Shown here piece after piece: positions 62,890-64,000 of a DNA stretch of 64,000 bases. Made by a program: the position numbers and the translations under genes. Numbering within the stretch: position 1 is the first letter of the stretch; each line of letters opens with the position of its first letter. Below the pieces are notes generated by a model that saw only the letters and a program-made list of their open reading frames with translations, was not told the origin of the DNA and ran no database searches. This DNA comes from Chiloscyllium plagiosum (lineage: Eukaryota): assembly GCF_004010195.1 (NCBI RefSeq), contig NC_057718.1, forward strand, positions 15,369,407 to 15,433,406, given 5' to 3'.

Positions 62890-64000
62890 ATACACATCCC
62901 ATTGAAAAGGCAGGCAGAGAGAGCCAGGGTTACTTTGTTGGTAGGAAATGAAATTAATCATTAGCAAGAAAAGATATAGGGTTGGAAGGTACAGAATCTG
63001 TGTGGGTAGAGATGAGGAACTGCAAAGGAAAAAGACCGCAGCAGGAATTATGTAGTCAGGATGTGGGGCAGAAAATAAATCAAAGTAGCAAAAGCATGTA
63101 AAAAAGACACTATTACATTGATCATGGGACACTTCAGTATGCAAGTGGATTTGGAAAACCCAGATTGGTTGCAGATCCCAAGGAAAAGAATTTGTGGAAT
63201 GTCTTAAGATTTTTTTTTGGATCAGTTTGGAGGAAACAGGAAATTCTGGATTTGATGTGTAATGAGGCAGGCTTGATTAGGGAGCTTAAGGTGGATGAGC
63301 CACATGGGAGCAGTGATCATAAAATGACAGAATTCACCCCAGAGTTTGAGGGGGAGAACCTGGAATCAGATGTAACGGCATTACAGTTGAGTAAAGGTAA
63401 TTGCAAAGACGTGTGGAGTTGGCCAGAGTTGATTGGAAAGGGAGCCTTGCAGGGAAGTTGGTGGTGTAGTAACAGCAGGAATTTCTTGGGGGTAATTCAA
63501 GAGGCACAGTAGAAATTCATCCCAAGAAAGAAGAAAAGTATTAAGGGGGGAATAAGATGACCATGGCTGATGAGGGGAGTCAGGGACAGCATGTGAGCAA
63601 AAGAAAAATGTGGTGAAGGTTAATGGAAAGCCAGAGAATTAGGAAGCCTTTAAAAACCATCAGTCGGGGAGAAGATTAGATATAAGGGTAGGTCAGCTAG
63701 TAATATAAACAAGTTTGAAAGACTTTTTAGATATATAAAAGGCAACAGAGAGGTAAGAGTAGACATTGGATTGCTGGAAAATTAGGCTGAAGAATTAGTA
63801 ATGGGGACTAAGAAATGGTGGAGGAACTGAATAGGTACTTTGCATCAGTCTTCACAGTGAAAGACATCAGTAACATACCAGAACTTCAAGAGTGAAGGGG
63901 CAGAAATGAGTGTCGTGATCATCATAAAAGAGAAGGTGCCGGAGAAGCTGAAGGGCCTAAAAGCAAATAAATCACCTGGACTGGATGATCTATACCCCAA
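62890..64000 (+). mobile_element. CR1 ORF2 endonuclease/linker region, running off the window end
   Basis: ESVWVE, ILDLMCNE, GSSDH, LNRYFASVFTVKD and KSPGLD motifs. Confidence 0.85.

Noticed and set aside
1..64000. CRISPR arrays, operons or other prokaryotic systems
   Set aside because: No regularly spaced repeats or dense ORFs; the sequence is intron-rich vertebrate DNA.

Overview
Eukaryotic, not microbial, DNA: a repeat-dense vertebrate locus. The HE1/V-type tRNA SINEs, HER1/CR1 LINEs and Penelope-like elements (PLEs) point to a cartilaginous fish, most likely a shark (inference). The + strand carries eight coding exons (8669-44407) that splice in frame to about 599 aa. I recognise this as the N-terminal and central part of consortin (CNST). 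No 5' non-coding first exon was identified, and I did not find the C-terminal transmembrane exons in the window. The intron at 14880-19704 has U12 (minor spliceosome) signals. The rest is mostly decayed retroelements: a full-length antisense L1 with a TSD just upstream of the first coding exon, many CR1 copies (one near full length with an esterase ORF1), nested PLEs and SINEs. The most striking structure is two families of short PLE-derived insertions carrying minimal hammerhead ribozyme cores (CUGANGA-stem II-GAAA-NUH). Several are built as near-perfect palindromes with one hammerhead on each strand, a 32-40 nt unpaired tail and target-site duplications. There is also a 756-bp inversion bounded by exact inverted duplications, with a hammerhead fragment at one breakpoint, and a 53-bp templated insertion. 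Four N gaps fall inside repeats. All family names come from recalled consensus motifs; no searches were run, and repeat boundaries are approximate.
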